A DNA stretch of 45,537 nt, from contig JAOAFX010000006.1 of NCBI GenBank assembly GCA_026416055.1, positions 1 to 45,537 of the forward strand. The letters run 5' to 3'. The translations under genes and the position numbers were made by a program. Shown piece by piece: positions 1 to 9,280 of the stretch (its first letter is position 1; each line of letters opens with the position of its first letter). The notes under the pieces were generated by a model, which saw only the letters and a list, made by a program, of their open reading frames with translations, did not search any database and was not told the origin of the DNA. This DNA comes from a candidate division WOR-3 bacterium (GTDB taxonomy: Bacteria > Hydrothermota > Tepidihabitantia > SM23-42 > JAOAFX01).

Positions 1-16
1 TGTGTATAAGAGACAG
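1..16 (+). other. Nextera/Tn5 mosaic-end adapter remnant (library artefact)
   Basis: TGTGTATAAGAGACAG is the 3' part of the Tn5 mosaic end AGATGTGTATAAGAGACAG, located at the contig end. Confidence 0.95.
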
Positions 17-17
17 G

Positions 18-152
18 TATAGTGTTAAGCGTGGGTATTTTCCAGGGCCGCTGTTAAAGGCAAACCTTTATAGTAAGGAATATCATACAGAATGGGAATT
101 TTTAAAAGATGTACTTGTTCAAAATGGAGTAGATGAAGATGCTATTCTAAAA
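18..152 (+). other. Foreign fragment resembling a YdcF/DUF218-family gene, chimerically joined to pilC
   Basis: Translates as YSVKRGYFPGPLLKANLYSKEYHTEWEFLKDVLVQNGVDEDAILK. This resembles my recollection of Firmicute YdcF proteins (..TEWEFLKDVL..NGV.E.AIL.E) rather than PilC. Confidence 0.55.
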
Positions 153-443
153 GCAAGGGTTTCAATCAAAGGCGGTGAGAATATCGCCGATCCACTTGCC
201 AAGACTGCAGTCTTTCCACCCATGGTTACCCAGATGATTGCAATCGGTGAGGCTTCAGGTGGGCTAGATGACATGCTCTCAAAGGTTGCAGACTTTTATG
301 ATGCTGAAGTTGACCAGGCCGTAGAAAACCTCACAAATGCCCTTGAACCTGTGATCATGGTCTTTCTTGGTGGTGCAGTTGGATTCATAGTTATTTCAAT
401 GTACCTTCCAATATTCCAGTTAGCCTCTACTATTACCGAATAG
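135..443 (+). CDS. pilC: Type IV pilus/T2SS platform protein PilC/GspF family, C-terminal part (5' truncated)
   Basis: EDAILKARVSIKGGENIADPLAKTAVFPPMVTQMIAIGEASGGLDDMLSKVADFYDAEV..LEPVIMVFLG..SMYLPIF is a typical T2SSF C-terminal repeat; the frame is open upstream of the ATG at 222. Confidence 0.9.
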   Translation, partial: EDAILKARVSIKGGENIADPLAKTAVFPPMVTQMIAIGEASGGLDDMLSKVADFYDAEVDQAVENLTNALEPVIMVFLGGAVGFIVISMYLPIFQLASTITE

Positions 444-498
444 TTTTTATCAGAGTTAAACAAAAAAAGAAAGTATAAAAATTTCATTTGAATAGTGC

Positions 499-1968
499 AT
501 GTTTCAGAAAACGCGGATAAGCCCTTTACAAGGGCTTATCTTACTCCATCCCCTTGTTATAACCTTTATCCTTCTCAGTTCCTCTTACCCGGTTACGTAC
601 ACCATTCCCGGAACATACTGGTTTATCATCTTTACTTCCTTAATTTTAAGTTCTTTCTTCTGGTTTCTCCAGAGATGGCTAAAACCAGAACTTTTAACCT
701 ATATTTTGTTGCTTACTGATATCCCCCTCATAACTGTAATAACTTATTTCACAGGCGGTGCAGAAAGCCTTTTCCCTTTATTGTATATTCTACTGATCAT
801 TATTTCAGCCATTTTCCTGTATCGCCGGGGTGCATATGTGGTGAGCTTAATCTCTGTTGTATTTTTTTTGATTTTGATGTTCATCGAGATAAATAATAAA
901 GCCCTTGAAGTTAAATATGTGATGCAGCAATTTTATATTTTCTCACTTTTATTTTTGCTCACAGGTATTTTGAGTGGAAGTCTTTCGGAAAGATATCGCA
1001 TAAAAACTGAGGAATTAAAAAAATTAAATCTTACCATGGAAGAGATTGTAAAGAACATACCCTCGGGTATTCTGGTAATAGATAACGCCGGAACGATTAT
1101 CTACACCAATATCTTCGATGAAAATATAAAGTCATTTGTCCATCTACATCTGGCAAGATACCTGAAAAATCCGGAACGGCACGGAAGTGTAAAAGAATTA
1201 AAAATCCAGAAGAAATTTTACTTACTTTCCTGTTCCCTCATCAGTAATGATCACGGTGCACTTGCCATCCTGCAGGATTTGACAGAAATTAAAAAACTCG
1301 AAGAAACATCAAGAATTTCAAAACAGACGAAGATGCTTGCTGAACTCGGTGGTTCTCTGGCCCATGAGATCCGCAATCCCCTTGCCTCTATCCGTGGCTC
1401 ACTTGAGGTAATAGCCAAATCACGGGTTTCAAAGTCGGCAAAGCCATTCATTGATATGGCACTGAAAGAATCAATCCGTTTGAATGAAATCGTTTCTGAT
1501 TTTTTGAGCTTCGCCCAGTTTGTCCCAAAAAAGACCTATCGCACAACGATAAACGATGTCCTGAACGAATCGCTTCTTGAGGTTATGCCCGGCTTTGCTG
1601 GGAAAAAACTTGAAATTATCAGAACTGGTAACAATTTTGAAATCAATGCTGATTTAAACCGACTGAAATCAGGTGTATCAAATATTATCGTCAATGCCTG
1701 TGAGGTGAGTGAGCCCGGTAAAAGGATTATAATAACTACAGATCACGATGATAAATTCGGCTGGATCGAAATAACAGATGAAGGTCCGGGTATTCCGAAA
1801 AAAGACCTGAAAAAAATCTTCAAACCATTTTATACGACGAAAAAAGGGGGAACCGGCCTTGGTCTTTCCATAGCCCAGAAAATTATTGAAGCCCACAATG
1901 GAAAGATCGAAGTTTCAAGCAAGGTTGGTAAAGGAACAACCTTTAAAATCATTCTACCCCGTGCTTGA
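499..1968 (+). CDS. Membrane-bound PilS-like sensor histidine kinase
   Basis: About 6 N-terminal TM helices with YFTGG.ES motif, PAS-like segment, H-box LAHEIRNPL, HATPase N/G1/F/G2 boxes (DEGPGI, FKPFYTTK, GTGLGL); follows pilC. Confidence 0.85.
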   Translation: MFQKTRISPLQGLILLHPLVITFILLSSSYPVTYTIPGTYWFIIFTSLILSSFFWFLQRWLKPELLTYILLLTDIPLITVITYFTGGAESLFPLLYILLIIISAIFLYRRGAYVVSLISVVFFLILMFIEINNKALEVKYVMQQFYIFSLLFLLTGILSGSLSERYRIKTEELKKLNLTMEEIVKNIPSGILVIDNAGTIIYTNIFDENIKSFVHLHLARYLKNPERHGSVKELKIQKKFYLLSCSLISNDHGALAILQDLTEIKKLEETSRISKQTKMLAELGGSLAHEIRNPLASIRGSLEVIAKSRVSKSAKPFIDMALKESIRLNEIVSDFLSFAQFVPKKTYRTTINDVLNESLLEVMPGFAGKKLEIIRTGNNFEINADLNRLKSGVSNIIVNACEVSEPGKRIIITTDHDDKFGWIEITDEGPGIPKKDLKKIFKPFYTTKKGGTGLGLSIAQKIIEAHNGKIEVSSKVGKGTTFKIILPRA

Positions 1969-1981
1969 AGGTTGTTGAAAG

Positions 1982-2761
1982 GTGGAAGTGAGGAATCTAA
2001 AAATGTTGATAGAATATGATGGCTCAGACTTCTACGGGTGGCAATACCAGCCAGATAAAAGAACTGTCCAGGGTGAAATAGAATCTGCCATTAATAGAAT
2101 AATCAATGAGCCGGTGAGAGTAATAGGTGCTGGAAGAACCGACCATGGTGTCCACGCACTCGGGCAGGTTGCGAATTTTAAAACCACTTCCAGGATTCCA
2201 TGCGACAAACTGAAAAAAGCGATAAATGCGCTCACAGGTAGTGACCTCTTTATAAAGGAAATCTGCGATGTGCCCCTTGAGTTCCATGCGCGATTTTCAG
2301 CATCGAGCAAAATATACCAGTATAAAATAATGACCTGTTTTTCACCGTTAAAAAGAAGATATTTCTGGTTTGTTAAATATGATCTTGATCTTTCTTCAAT
2401 TCGAAAATCGCTTCAGTATTTTCTGGGTACCCACGACTTCAAAAATTTCTCAGTTGAAACAGAAGAAGATGAACCTCCTGATAAAGAGAAGAATACTATT
2501 TGTAAAATCTTTAATATATCATTGACAGAAGTACAAAGTGATATTATAATTGAAATTGAAGCTGATAGATTTTTGCGGAAGATGGTTCGAGGAATTGTAG
2601 GATTTTTGGTTGATGTTGGAAGAGGCAGGTTTAAGCCCGAAACAGCGGTTGAGATTTTTGAGCGAGGTTTTTCGAATCTTTACTTTGCACCTGCCTGTGG
2701 ATTGTATCTCTGTGAAGTGAAGTACAAAGATTTATTTTGTATTGCAAAAAAGGAGTTATGA
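1982..2761 (+). CDS. truA: tRNA pseudouridine(38-40) synthase
   Basis: [24 protein letters not shown] with catalytic Asp, FLRKMVR, APACGL. Confidence 0.95.
   Translation: MEVRNLKMLIEYDGSDFYGWQYQPDKRTVQGEIESAINRIINEPVRVIGAGRTDHGVHALGQVANFKTTSRIPCDKLKKAINALTGSDLFIKEICDVPLEFHARFSASSKIYQYKIMTCFSPLKRRYFWFVKYDLDLSSIRKSLQYFLGTHDFKNFSVETEEDEPPDKEKNTICKIFNISLTEVQSDIIIEIEADRFLRKMVRGIVGFLVDVGRGRFKPETAVEIFERGFSNLYFAPACGLYLCEVKYKDLFCIAKKEL
2522..2550 (+). promoter_or_regulatory. Perfect-consensus sigma70 promoter inside truA
   Basis: TTGACA (2522-2527), 17 bp, TATAAT (2545-2550). Confidence 0.55.
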
Positions 2762-3405
2762 TGGATCTATATCTCGATACCGCAAATGTTGATGAAATCA
2801 GAGAAATTGTACAATGGGGAGTTCTTGATGGCGTGACGACAAATCCTTCTTTAATGGCAAAAGAAAAGGGAGACTATAAAAAATTATTGAAGGAGATATG
2901 CGATATTGTAAAAGGACCGGTAAGTGGTGAAGTGCTGAGTCTCAATGCCGATGAAATGGTAAGAGAAGCAAGGGATTTAAGCCAGATAAGTGAATATATT
3001 GTAATAAAGATTCCCTGTACCGTGGATGGCTTAAAGGCAACGAAAGTTTTAGCCCGGGAAGGTATAAAAGTAAATATGACCCTTGTATTCTCTCCAAATC
3101 AGGCTTTACTTGCAGCAAAATCAGGTGCAGCCTATGTAAGCCCTTTCGTCGGCAGGCTCGATGATATTGGCAATCCCGGAATTGAAATTGTTAACGATAT
3201 ATTGACAATCTACCGGAATTACAATTTTAAAACCAAGATAATCTTTGCATCGGTAAGGCATCCCGAGCATGTGCGCCAGGCAGCACTCCTTGGGGTGGAC
3301 ATTTGCACAATTCCTTATAAGGTATTTATACAGCTAATAAAACATTCCCTAACCGATGTGGGAATCGCCCGGTTCCTTGAAGACTGGAAGAAAAAAATTG
3401 ACTGA
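2761..3405 (+). CDS. tal: Transaldolase / fructose-6-phosphate aldolase (small Fsa/TalC type)
   Basis: [18 protein letters not shown] (Schiff-base Lys), [23 protein letters not shown]; SD AGGAG at 2751-2755 puts the start at 2758 or 2761, not 2737. Confidence 0.9.
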   Translation: MDLYLDTANVDEIREIVQWGVLDGVTTNPSLMAKEKGDYKKLLKEICDIVKGPVSGEVLSLNADEMVREARDLSQISEYIVIKIPCTVDGLKATKVLAREGIKVNMTLVFSPNQALLAAKSGAAYVSPFVGRLDDIGNPGIEIVNDILTIYRNYNFKTKIIFASVRHPEHVRQAALLGVDICTIPYKVFIQLIKHSLTDVGIARFLEDWKKKID

Positions 3406-3417
3406 GGTAGGAATGGT

Positions 3418-4848
3418 ATGAAGAAAAGAGAGATAATCGCAGCATTGGCAGGATTTTTTATCTGCCTCATCATTTTATCTTTGTACAATCAATTCAAGCC
3501 CAGAAAAGATTATACCGCCCTGAATTATCTGAAGCTTGTCAATCTCAATGATGAAATATCTAAACAGCGCATGAATGCGATCGTCCTTGCAGCGAATAAA
3601 GTAGGTCCCGCGGTCGTTTCAATCACAGTCATCCAGACCCGCATCATCACCGTCTCACCCTTCAATGATGAATTCTTCCGTCGGTTCTTTGGTGATTTCT
3701 TTCCTGAACATCGTTACCGCCAGCAGGTTCAAAGCCTCGGTTCAGGAGTAATCATCTCTCCGGATGGATATATTTTAACCAATGAACATGTAGTTTCAAA
3801 TGCCACTGAGATAAATGTCACACTGCCTGACGCACGCCAGTTTAAGGCAAAGATTGTGGCTATGGACAGGGCACTCGATTTAGCCCTTTTGAAGATCGAT
3901 GGCCACAATCTACCTTATGCGGAGTTAGGAGATTCTGACGACCTGATGATTGGTGAATGGGTCGTTGCCCTTGGCAATCCATTCGGTTTTTTGCTTGAAG
4001 ACACCCGCCCCACGGTAACAGTAGGAGTTGTTTCAGCACTCAATCGGGCAATAAAATCAACCCATGAAGACAGGGTATATAAAGATATGATACAGACCGA
4101 TGCAGCGATTAATCCTGGAAATTCCGGTGGGCCACTTGTAAATATACTGGGACAGGTCATTGGTATAAATACATTTATTCTGACCTCGAGTGGTGGTTCT
4201 GAAGGAGTAGGTTTTGCCCGACCGATAAACGTAGTAAAAAAATTTATCAATGAGACGAAACAATACGGAAAAATAAGGACACCCTGGATCGGTATATGGG
4301 TCCAGGAACTTACACCGGAGATCGCTGAGGCGATGGGTATTGAACAGCGTGGAGTACTGGTAAGTAGTGTAGACTTGAACAGTCCGGCCTATATATCGGG
4401 AATAAAGGAAGGAGATCGGATAATTATGGTCAACAATGAAGCAATCAATACGACGAGTGCATGGGACCGTATTAATGCCAATACCTTTGTTGGTGATACA
4501 TTGAAGATTAGGCTTTACCGGGATAAGGATTCATTGGATATCTCTCTTGTCGTTACCGAATTCCAGGAACCTCTTGGCTATGGTTCAAAATTAGGAATTT
4601 ATGTTGAAGATATCAACCCCTATCTTATAAAAAAATTTGACTTGGGATATAAGCAGGGTGTGGTTGTAACAAGGGTGGAGCCAGGCAGCATCGGTGAAAA
4701 ACTGGGTATCTCGCCCGGTGATGTGATACTCCGTATCGGAGCAACAAGAATCCGCAACAAAGAGGATTTTAAAAAGGCAATAAATGATTTTAAAAATAAA
4801 TATTTCATTATCGACCGGGGTGGACTTATATTCCAGATATGGTTATGA
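3418..4848 (+). CDS. HtrA/DegP-family serine protease with two PDZ domains
   Basis: N-terminal TM anchor, LGSGVII, TNEHVV (His), DLALLK (Asp), QTDAAINPGNSGGPL (Ser), two PDZ repeats. Confidence 0.95.
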   Translation: MKKREIIAALAGFFICLIILSLYNQFKPRKDYTALNYLKLVNLNDEISKQRMNAIVLAANKVGPAVVSITVIQTRIITVSPFNDEFFRRFFGDFFPEHRYRQQVQSLGSGVIISPDGYILTNEHVVSNATEINVTLPDARQFKAKIVAMDRALDLALLKIDGHNLPYAELGDSDDLMIGEWVVALGNPFGFLLEDTRPTVTVGVVSALNRAIKSTHEDRVYKDMIQTDAAINPGNSGGPLVNILGQVIGINTFILTSSGGSEGVGFARPINVVKKFINETKQYGKIRTPWIGIWVQELTPEIAEAMGIEQRGVLVSSVDLNSPAYISGIKEGDRIIMVNNEAINTTSAWDRINANTFVGDTLKIRLYRDKDSLDISLVVTEFQEPLGYGSKLGIYVEDINPYLIKKFDLGYKQGVVVTRVEPGSIGEKLGISPGDVILRIGATRIRNKEDFKKAINDFKNKYFIIDRGGLIFQIWL

Positions 4849-4865
4849 TGAGTCTTTAAAGGACG

Positions 4866-5429
4866 ATGACAAACATTGAGATAAGACGCAAGATTCTGGA
4901 GATGGTTTATGAGAAATTTAAAGAGCATCCCTATTATCGTATCACACCAAAGGAATTCAAAGAGGCACTCAATATCGATTTGAAAACACTCAATTTCAAT
5001 ATTGTCTACCTTGAAGAAAAAGGGTATATTGAACTGGAAAAACCCCTAGAAGGAAGTCTTTTTGTTGGCGCACGTATAACAAGCAAGGGGATTGATTTAG
5101 TTGAAGACGAGTATCAATTTGATATTACATTTCCGGTAGATAAAGACACATCAGCAATGCAGATAAATGTCTATAAAGAATTCAATCTCCTCATTGAAAA
5201 AATAAGTACAGATGAAAAAATAAGCAGTAATACAAAAGAAATCCTGATTGAAGAAATCAGAGAAATTCAAAAGGAATTGAAAAAAATTGAACCCAGTTAT
5301 AATCGCGTCAAGACATTTCTGGATAAGATTCGCCAGCATAATTTTGAAATCGGCAATCAGGTACTGGCACTTTTGAAGAACCCTGTAATATTTGACGTCC
5401 TTGCAAAATCAGCAAAAAAAGAATTATGA
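4866..5429 (+). CDS. Hypothetical protein: N-terminal winged-helix domain plus helical C-terminal domain
   Basis: RRKILE..YLEEKGYIE..ARITSKGIDLVE resembles a wHTH wing; SD-like AAGGA upstream. Confidence 0.65.
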   Translation: MTNIEIRRKILEMVYEKFKEHPYYRITPKEFKEALNIDLKTLNFNIVYLEEKGYIELEKPLEGSLFVGARITSKGIDLVEDEYQFDITFPVDKDTSAMQINVYKEFNLLIEKISTDEKISSNTKEILIEEIREIQKELKKIEPSYNRVKTFLDKIRQHNFEIGNQVLALLKNPVIFDVLAKSAKKEL

Positions 5430-5530
5430 GTTATCAGGGTTATTGTTCCCACTACACAAAAGATTTTATTTCTTAAAAATTAAAACCCGTTGAATCGCTT
5501 CTGTTTAAATTACTTTAGAGGTAACCAGAT

Positions 5531-7942
5531 TCAATAAAAATACAAATATTCAAGGGGCATGATCAGAAGGGCTTTGCCATTATTTTCGCTGAGCAATTTG
5601 AGATAACGGATAAATTCCTCGTTTTGAGTCTTTTCACCAATAATCCTCGGTTGAAACAGGTCAGGCGGCAAGAGTTCAGGTCTGGGCAATTCAATGACAT
5701 TTATCCGCTCATCCTTTTTTAGCCCTGCCATCTCTTTAGCAATATTTATTGCGGCTTCAATTCCGCCAATGGTATCGACTAGTCCGATCTCTTTTCCTCT
5801 AATACCAGACCATACCCTTCCCTGGGCGATCTCTTCGATCTCCTGTATGCCCTTATTCCGGCCCTGGGCAACTCTGCTAACGAAGTCATGGTACAGGGAT
5901 TTTATCATAGATTCCATCTTTTGTTTCTCAATCTCAGTCAAATTTCTATCAGGCAATTGCCCTAAAAATGGATAGTTAAACCCAAAACCCAGATCTGCAT
6001 GTTCACCAACCTTTACAAAATCAGTAGAAAGTCCTAATCTTTCTTTTAAGTCTTTGTTGTAGAGCCACAAACCAATGACACCGATTGAACCGGTTATTGT
6101 AAAAGGAGAAGCGACTATTCTATTCCCATACATAGATAGCCAGTAACCACCCGAGCCTGCGACCATGCCCTGGGACACGATGACCGGCTTCTTCTTCTGG
6201 CATTTTCTTATTGCCTCGGCGATAATATCTGATGCAAGAGCACTGCCCCCTGGTGAATCAACACGGAAGACCACTGCTTTTATATCCTTCCTGTCCATAA
6301 CCCATTCAAAATCCTTTATTAAACTTCGTGCTCTTATCCCGGTATCCATGGCGCATTCACCTATTCCATAAATGATTGCTATCTTCGGTTCTTCACCCCA
6401 ATAGTCATCCTTGGGCAGTCGGAAGTGTACAAGGTTTGATTTATCTACAAATCCTTTTTCTTTGCCTTCAATCTGCTTCACTATCTCTTCTATCTCATCC
6501 CATCTTCCTGTAGTATCAGCGAGATTCTTCTTAACTGCATCCTCAGGCAGAAGAACGACATCTTCATTCACCAGTTTTTCAAAGTCTTCAGGACTGAGTC
6601 CCCGGCTCTCGCAGACTTCATTTTTTATTGTGTTATAAAAATCATCTATTATTGCCTGGCGTTGTTCACGATCGGCCTCAGACATCTTATCACGGGATAG
6701 GATTTCAGCAGCGGATTTGTATTTGAAATAACGCCATTCATCAACGCCAATCCCTAATTTATCAAGGGCATTTTTAAAAAACATCCGTCCCATGAGAAGT
6801 CCTTGCAGGTTGATTCCACCCTGGGGATCGATAACAATCAGATTTGCAATTGAAGCAAGATAATACTCCGGCATTCTGACTTCATCGATGTATACCAAAA
6901 GATACTTATCATTTGACTTAAAATCTTTAAATTTCTCTCTTAATTCCCAGGCCATCTCCCAGTTAATTTCAATGCCTGAAAGATTAATGGCAATTCCCCT
7001 TATACTAGGGTCTCTCTTGGCAACATCGATTGTATTCAAAATGGAGAGCAGGGTATTGCTTTTGTCAAATAACATATAGCGTTGATAATTCAGTTTGCCG
7101 TTTAATTCAAGTTTAAGATAATTCTTATTTTTGCCCAACAGGTCCCTGAAGATGCTCCGGTCAAGGGCGCCAAACCTTATACCGTATGTATCGTACTTGC
7201 GCCTTTGTTTTGAGTCAAAACAGGATTGAACCGTTCCTCCGATTCGCCCCAACCCGATGTTTACACCAACTTTTATAGCACGGTCATTAAAGTATCTTGT
7301 AGTCAATCTAATACCTCGAAGTGGTTCAAGAACGAACCCTGTGCTCCATGGACTATCCTTAAAATCTAAATTCTCTCTAAATATGCAATCAAAGAAAAAA
7401 GTAATTATTTCGTTGCCAGTCGGTCTGAATCCTGCATCAAGATAGACTTCTCTGTATCCATTCTGACTGGGTAATAAACCCACCACTCCAAGGGATAAAA
7501 ACCGTCTGGGGCGTATCAGTCCACCGAGTTTCCATATTACTGGTTCAGGAATGATACTGGTGTCGCTCACACTCCATTCATATCCTATACCGAAGCTCTG
7601 CTTTTTATCTCCCATGGCAAAAGAAAGATTATATTTTCGGCATGAACCATAGGGAAATCTATCATCCCCTATCGCAAGACTTAACCTCGGTATTCCGGCA
7701 AAGAATCGCCAGCCATCAAAACCATTCTCTTCATTTCGGGCACCAGACCAAATAAAGGCTAAATCAAAATTATGGAGATAGGTCAGAAGTGCTGGATTGT
7801 CATAACCATAAAGCCCGATACCTGAGGCACCTGGTGGAGCAAGAAGGAATATATTATTTCTACAAAATATTGACCCATCATCACCAGCAGCCATAAATAA
7901 TAAATATGACCACAATGGTAAGATCTTAAAAAGAATCATCAT
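5531..7942 (-). CDS. sppA: Signal peptide peptidase SppA (S49, tandem domain) with long N-terminal extension
   Basis: YKYKSAAE (catalytic Lys), RVDSPGGSA, AGSGGYW (catalytic Ser), TITGSIGV, AQGRVWSG, GLVDTIGG. Confidence 0.9.
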   Translation of the reverse strand: MMILFKILPLWSYLLFMAAGDDGSIFCRNNIFLLAPPGASGIGLYGYDNPALLTYLHNFDLAFIWSGARNEENGFDGWRFFAGIPRLSLAIGDDRFPYGSCRKYNLSFAMGDKKQSFGIGYEWSVSDTSIIPEPVIWKLGGLIRPRRFLSLGVVGLLPSQNGYREVYLDAGFRPTGNEIITFFFDCIFRENLDFKDSPWSTGFVLEPLRGIRLTTRYFNDRAIKVGVNIGLGRIGGTVQSCFDSKQRRKYDTYGIRFGALDRSIFRDLLGKNKNYLKLELNGKLNYQRYMLFDKSNTLLSILNTIDVAKRDPSIRGIAINLSGIEINWEMAWELREKFKDFKSNDKYLLVYIDEVRMPEYYLASIANLIVIDPQGGINLQGLLMGRMFFKNALDKLGIGVDEWRYFKYKSAAEILSRDKMSEADREQRQAIIDDFYNTIKNEVCESRGLSPEDFEKLVNEDVVLLPEDAVKKNLADTTGRWDEIEEIVKQIEGKEKGFVDKSNLVHFRLPKDDYWGEEPKIAIIYGIGECAMDTGIRARSLIKDFEWVMDRKDIKAVVFRVDSPGGSALASDIIAEAIRKCQKKKPVIVSQGMVAGSGGYWLSMYGNRIVASPFTITGSIGVIGLWLYNKDLKERLGLSTDFVKVGEHADLGFGFNYPFLGQLPDRNLTEIEKQKMESMIKSLYHDFVSRVAQGRNKGIQEIEEIAQGRVWSGIRGKEIGLVDTIGGIEAAINIAKEMAGLKKDERINVIELPRPELLPPDLFQPRIIGEKTQNEEFIRYLKLLSENNGKALLIMPLEYLYFY

Positions 7943-7957
7943 ACCCCCTTTTTTAAA

Positions 7958-7985
7958 ATCTTACTCACGCTAAACGACCTGTCAA
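7958..7985 (-). promoter_or_regulatory. sigma70-type promoter of sppA
   Basis: Minus strand TTGACA, 16 bp, TAAGAT, then a short leader with GGGGG before ATG. Confidence 0.65.
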
Positions 7986-8046
7986 GGATTCTTTATTTAC
8001 CCAAAAATAAGACGAATTTCTGCCTATTCAAGTAACACAGACCCTC

Positions 8047-8151
8047 ATCGATTTTTTAGGATTTTTTAATATAGAGCAAAGAATGGAAAGAGATTCAACT
8101 TCAATACGCGATTCAAGAAAAAAAATTTGAAAGAAGGATAGAGAAAGATAT
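8047..8151 (+). pseudogene. Decayed duplicate of the argF promoter and 5' coding end
   Basis: AAGAATGGAAAGAGATTCAACTTCAATACGCGAT matches the argF start AAGAATGAAAAGAGATTTAACTTCAATATTCGAT at 30/34; the upstream 27 nt match the argF promoter at 21/27. Confidence 0.7.
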
Positions 8152-8165
8152 GTGTTAATAAAAAC

Positions 8166-8221
8166 GCAAGGCTAAAGCCTTACCTTACAGGAATAAATGT
8201 AGGAGAAACCCTCGGGTTTGC
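8166..8221. repeat. Divergent pair of GTAG-type REP-like hairpins
   Basis: 8166-8189 reverse copy TGTAAGGTAAGGCTTTAGCCTTGC; 8198-8221 forward copy TGTAGGAGAAACCCTCGGGTTTGC. Confidence 0.75.
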
Positions 8222-8327
8222 AAAAGAAAACAGGTCTGATTTAGAAAAAAAGTAAACTATGCTCGGTTTCTCAATATTCTCGATCAGACGAGATGAAATT
8301 TAGGTCTTTATCAAGCAAAAATCTTTA

Positions 8328-8355
8328 TTGATTTTAAAAAATTTTTTAGTATAAT
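8328..8355 (+). promoter_or_regulatory. sigma70-type promoter of argF
   Basis: TTGATT, 16 bp, TATAAT; SD AAGGAG follows. Confidence 0.7.
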
Positions 8356-8374
8356 AAGCCCAAAGGAGAGAAGA

Positions 8375-9280
8375 ATGAAAAGAGATTTAACTTCAATATT
8401 CGATCTGACGAAAGATGAAATTTATGAAATATTTGAACTGACAAAAGATTTGAAAGAAAAACAGAAAAAAGGTATTGAGCATAAGTTATTGAAAGATAAA
8501 ACCCTTGCCATGGTCTTTGAAAAGCCATCATTAAGGACAAGGGTGACTTTTGAGACCGGAATGACCCAGCTCGGCGGGCATGCAATATATCTTGCACCTG
8601 CTGATATCCAGATGGGAAAAAGGGAATCAGTTAAAGATGTAGCAAAAAACCTTTCACGCTGGGTTGATATCATAATGGCAAGGGTGTTCAGTCATAGTAC
8701 AATTAAAGAACTGGCAGAGAATGCCGATGTGCCGGTAATCAATGGTTTATGTGACCTCGAACACCCCTGCCAGATATTGTGCGACCTTTTCACAATAATT
8801 GAGAAAAAAGGTACACTTGAGAAAGTCACGATCGCATTTGTGGGTGATGGAAACAATGTTTGCAATTCTTTCATCGCTGCATCCGCGCGCCTCGGTTTCA
8901 AACTCCATGTTGCCACTCCGGTCGATTATCAACCGAACAAAGAATATATGGCGCAGGCAAAGAATTTATACTGGACAGATAAACCCGAAGCAGCAATTCG
9001 TGATGCAGATGTGATATACACCGATGTCTGGGCATCAATGGGGCAGGAGGCCGAAGCCGAATTGCGCAAGAGGATATTTCGTCCATTTCAGATAAATAGT
9101 GAACTTTTGAAAAATGCAAATAAAAAAGATTACGTCATAATGCATTGTCTCCCCGCGCATCGTGGAGAAGAAATTACTGATGAGGTACTTGACGGGCCAC
9201 ATTCCATCGTTTTTGACCAGGCTGAAAATCGACTCCATATTCAGAAAGGGATAATGGTATTTTTATGCAAAAATTCTTAA
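8375..9280 (+). CDS. argF: Ornithine carbamoyltransferase
   Basis: FEKPSLRTR, HPCQ, GDGNNV, YTDVWASMG, HCLPAHRGEE, QAENRLH. Confidence 0.95.
   Translation: MKRDLTSIFDLTKDEIYEIFELTKDLKEKQKKGIEHKLLKDKTLAMVFEKPSLRTRVTFETGMTQLGGHAIYLAPADIQMGKRESVKDVAKNLSRWVDIIMARVFSHSTIKELAENADVPVINGLCDLEHPCQILCDLFTIIEKKGTLEKVTIAFVGDGNNVCNSFIAASARLGFKLHVATPVDYQPNKEYMAQAKNLYWTDKPEAAIRDADVIYTDVWASMGQEAEAELRKRIFRPFQINSELLKNANKKDYVIMHCLPAHRGEEITDEVLDGPHSIVFDQAENRLHIQKGIMVFLCKNS

Noticed and set aside
18-443. Novel YdcF-PilC fusion gene
   Set aside because: Sits at the contig end next to adapter sequence; better explained as an assembly chimera
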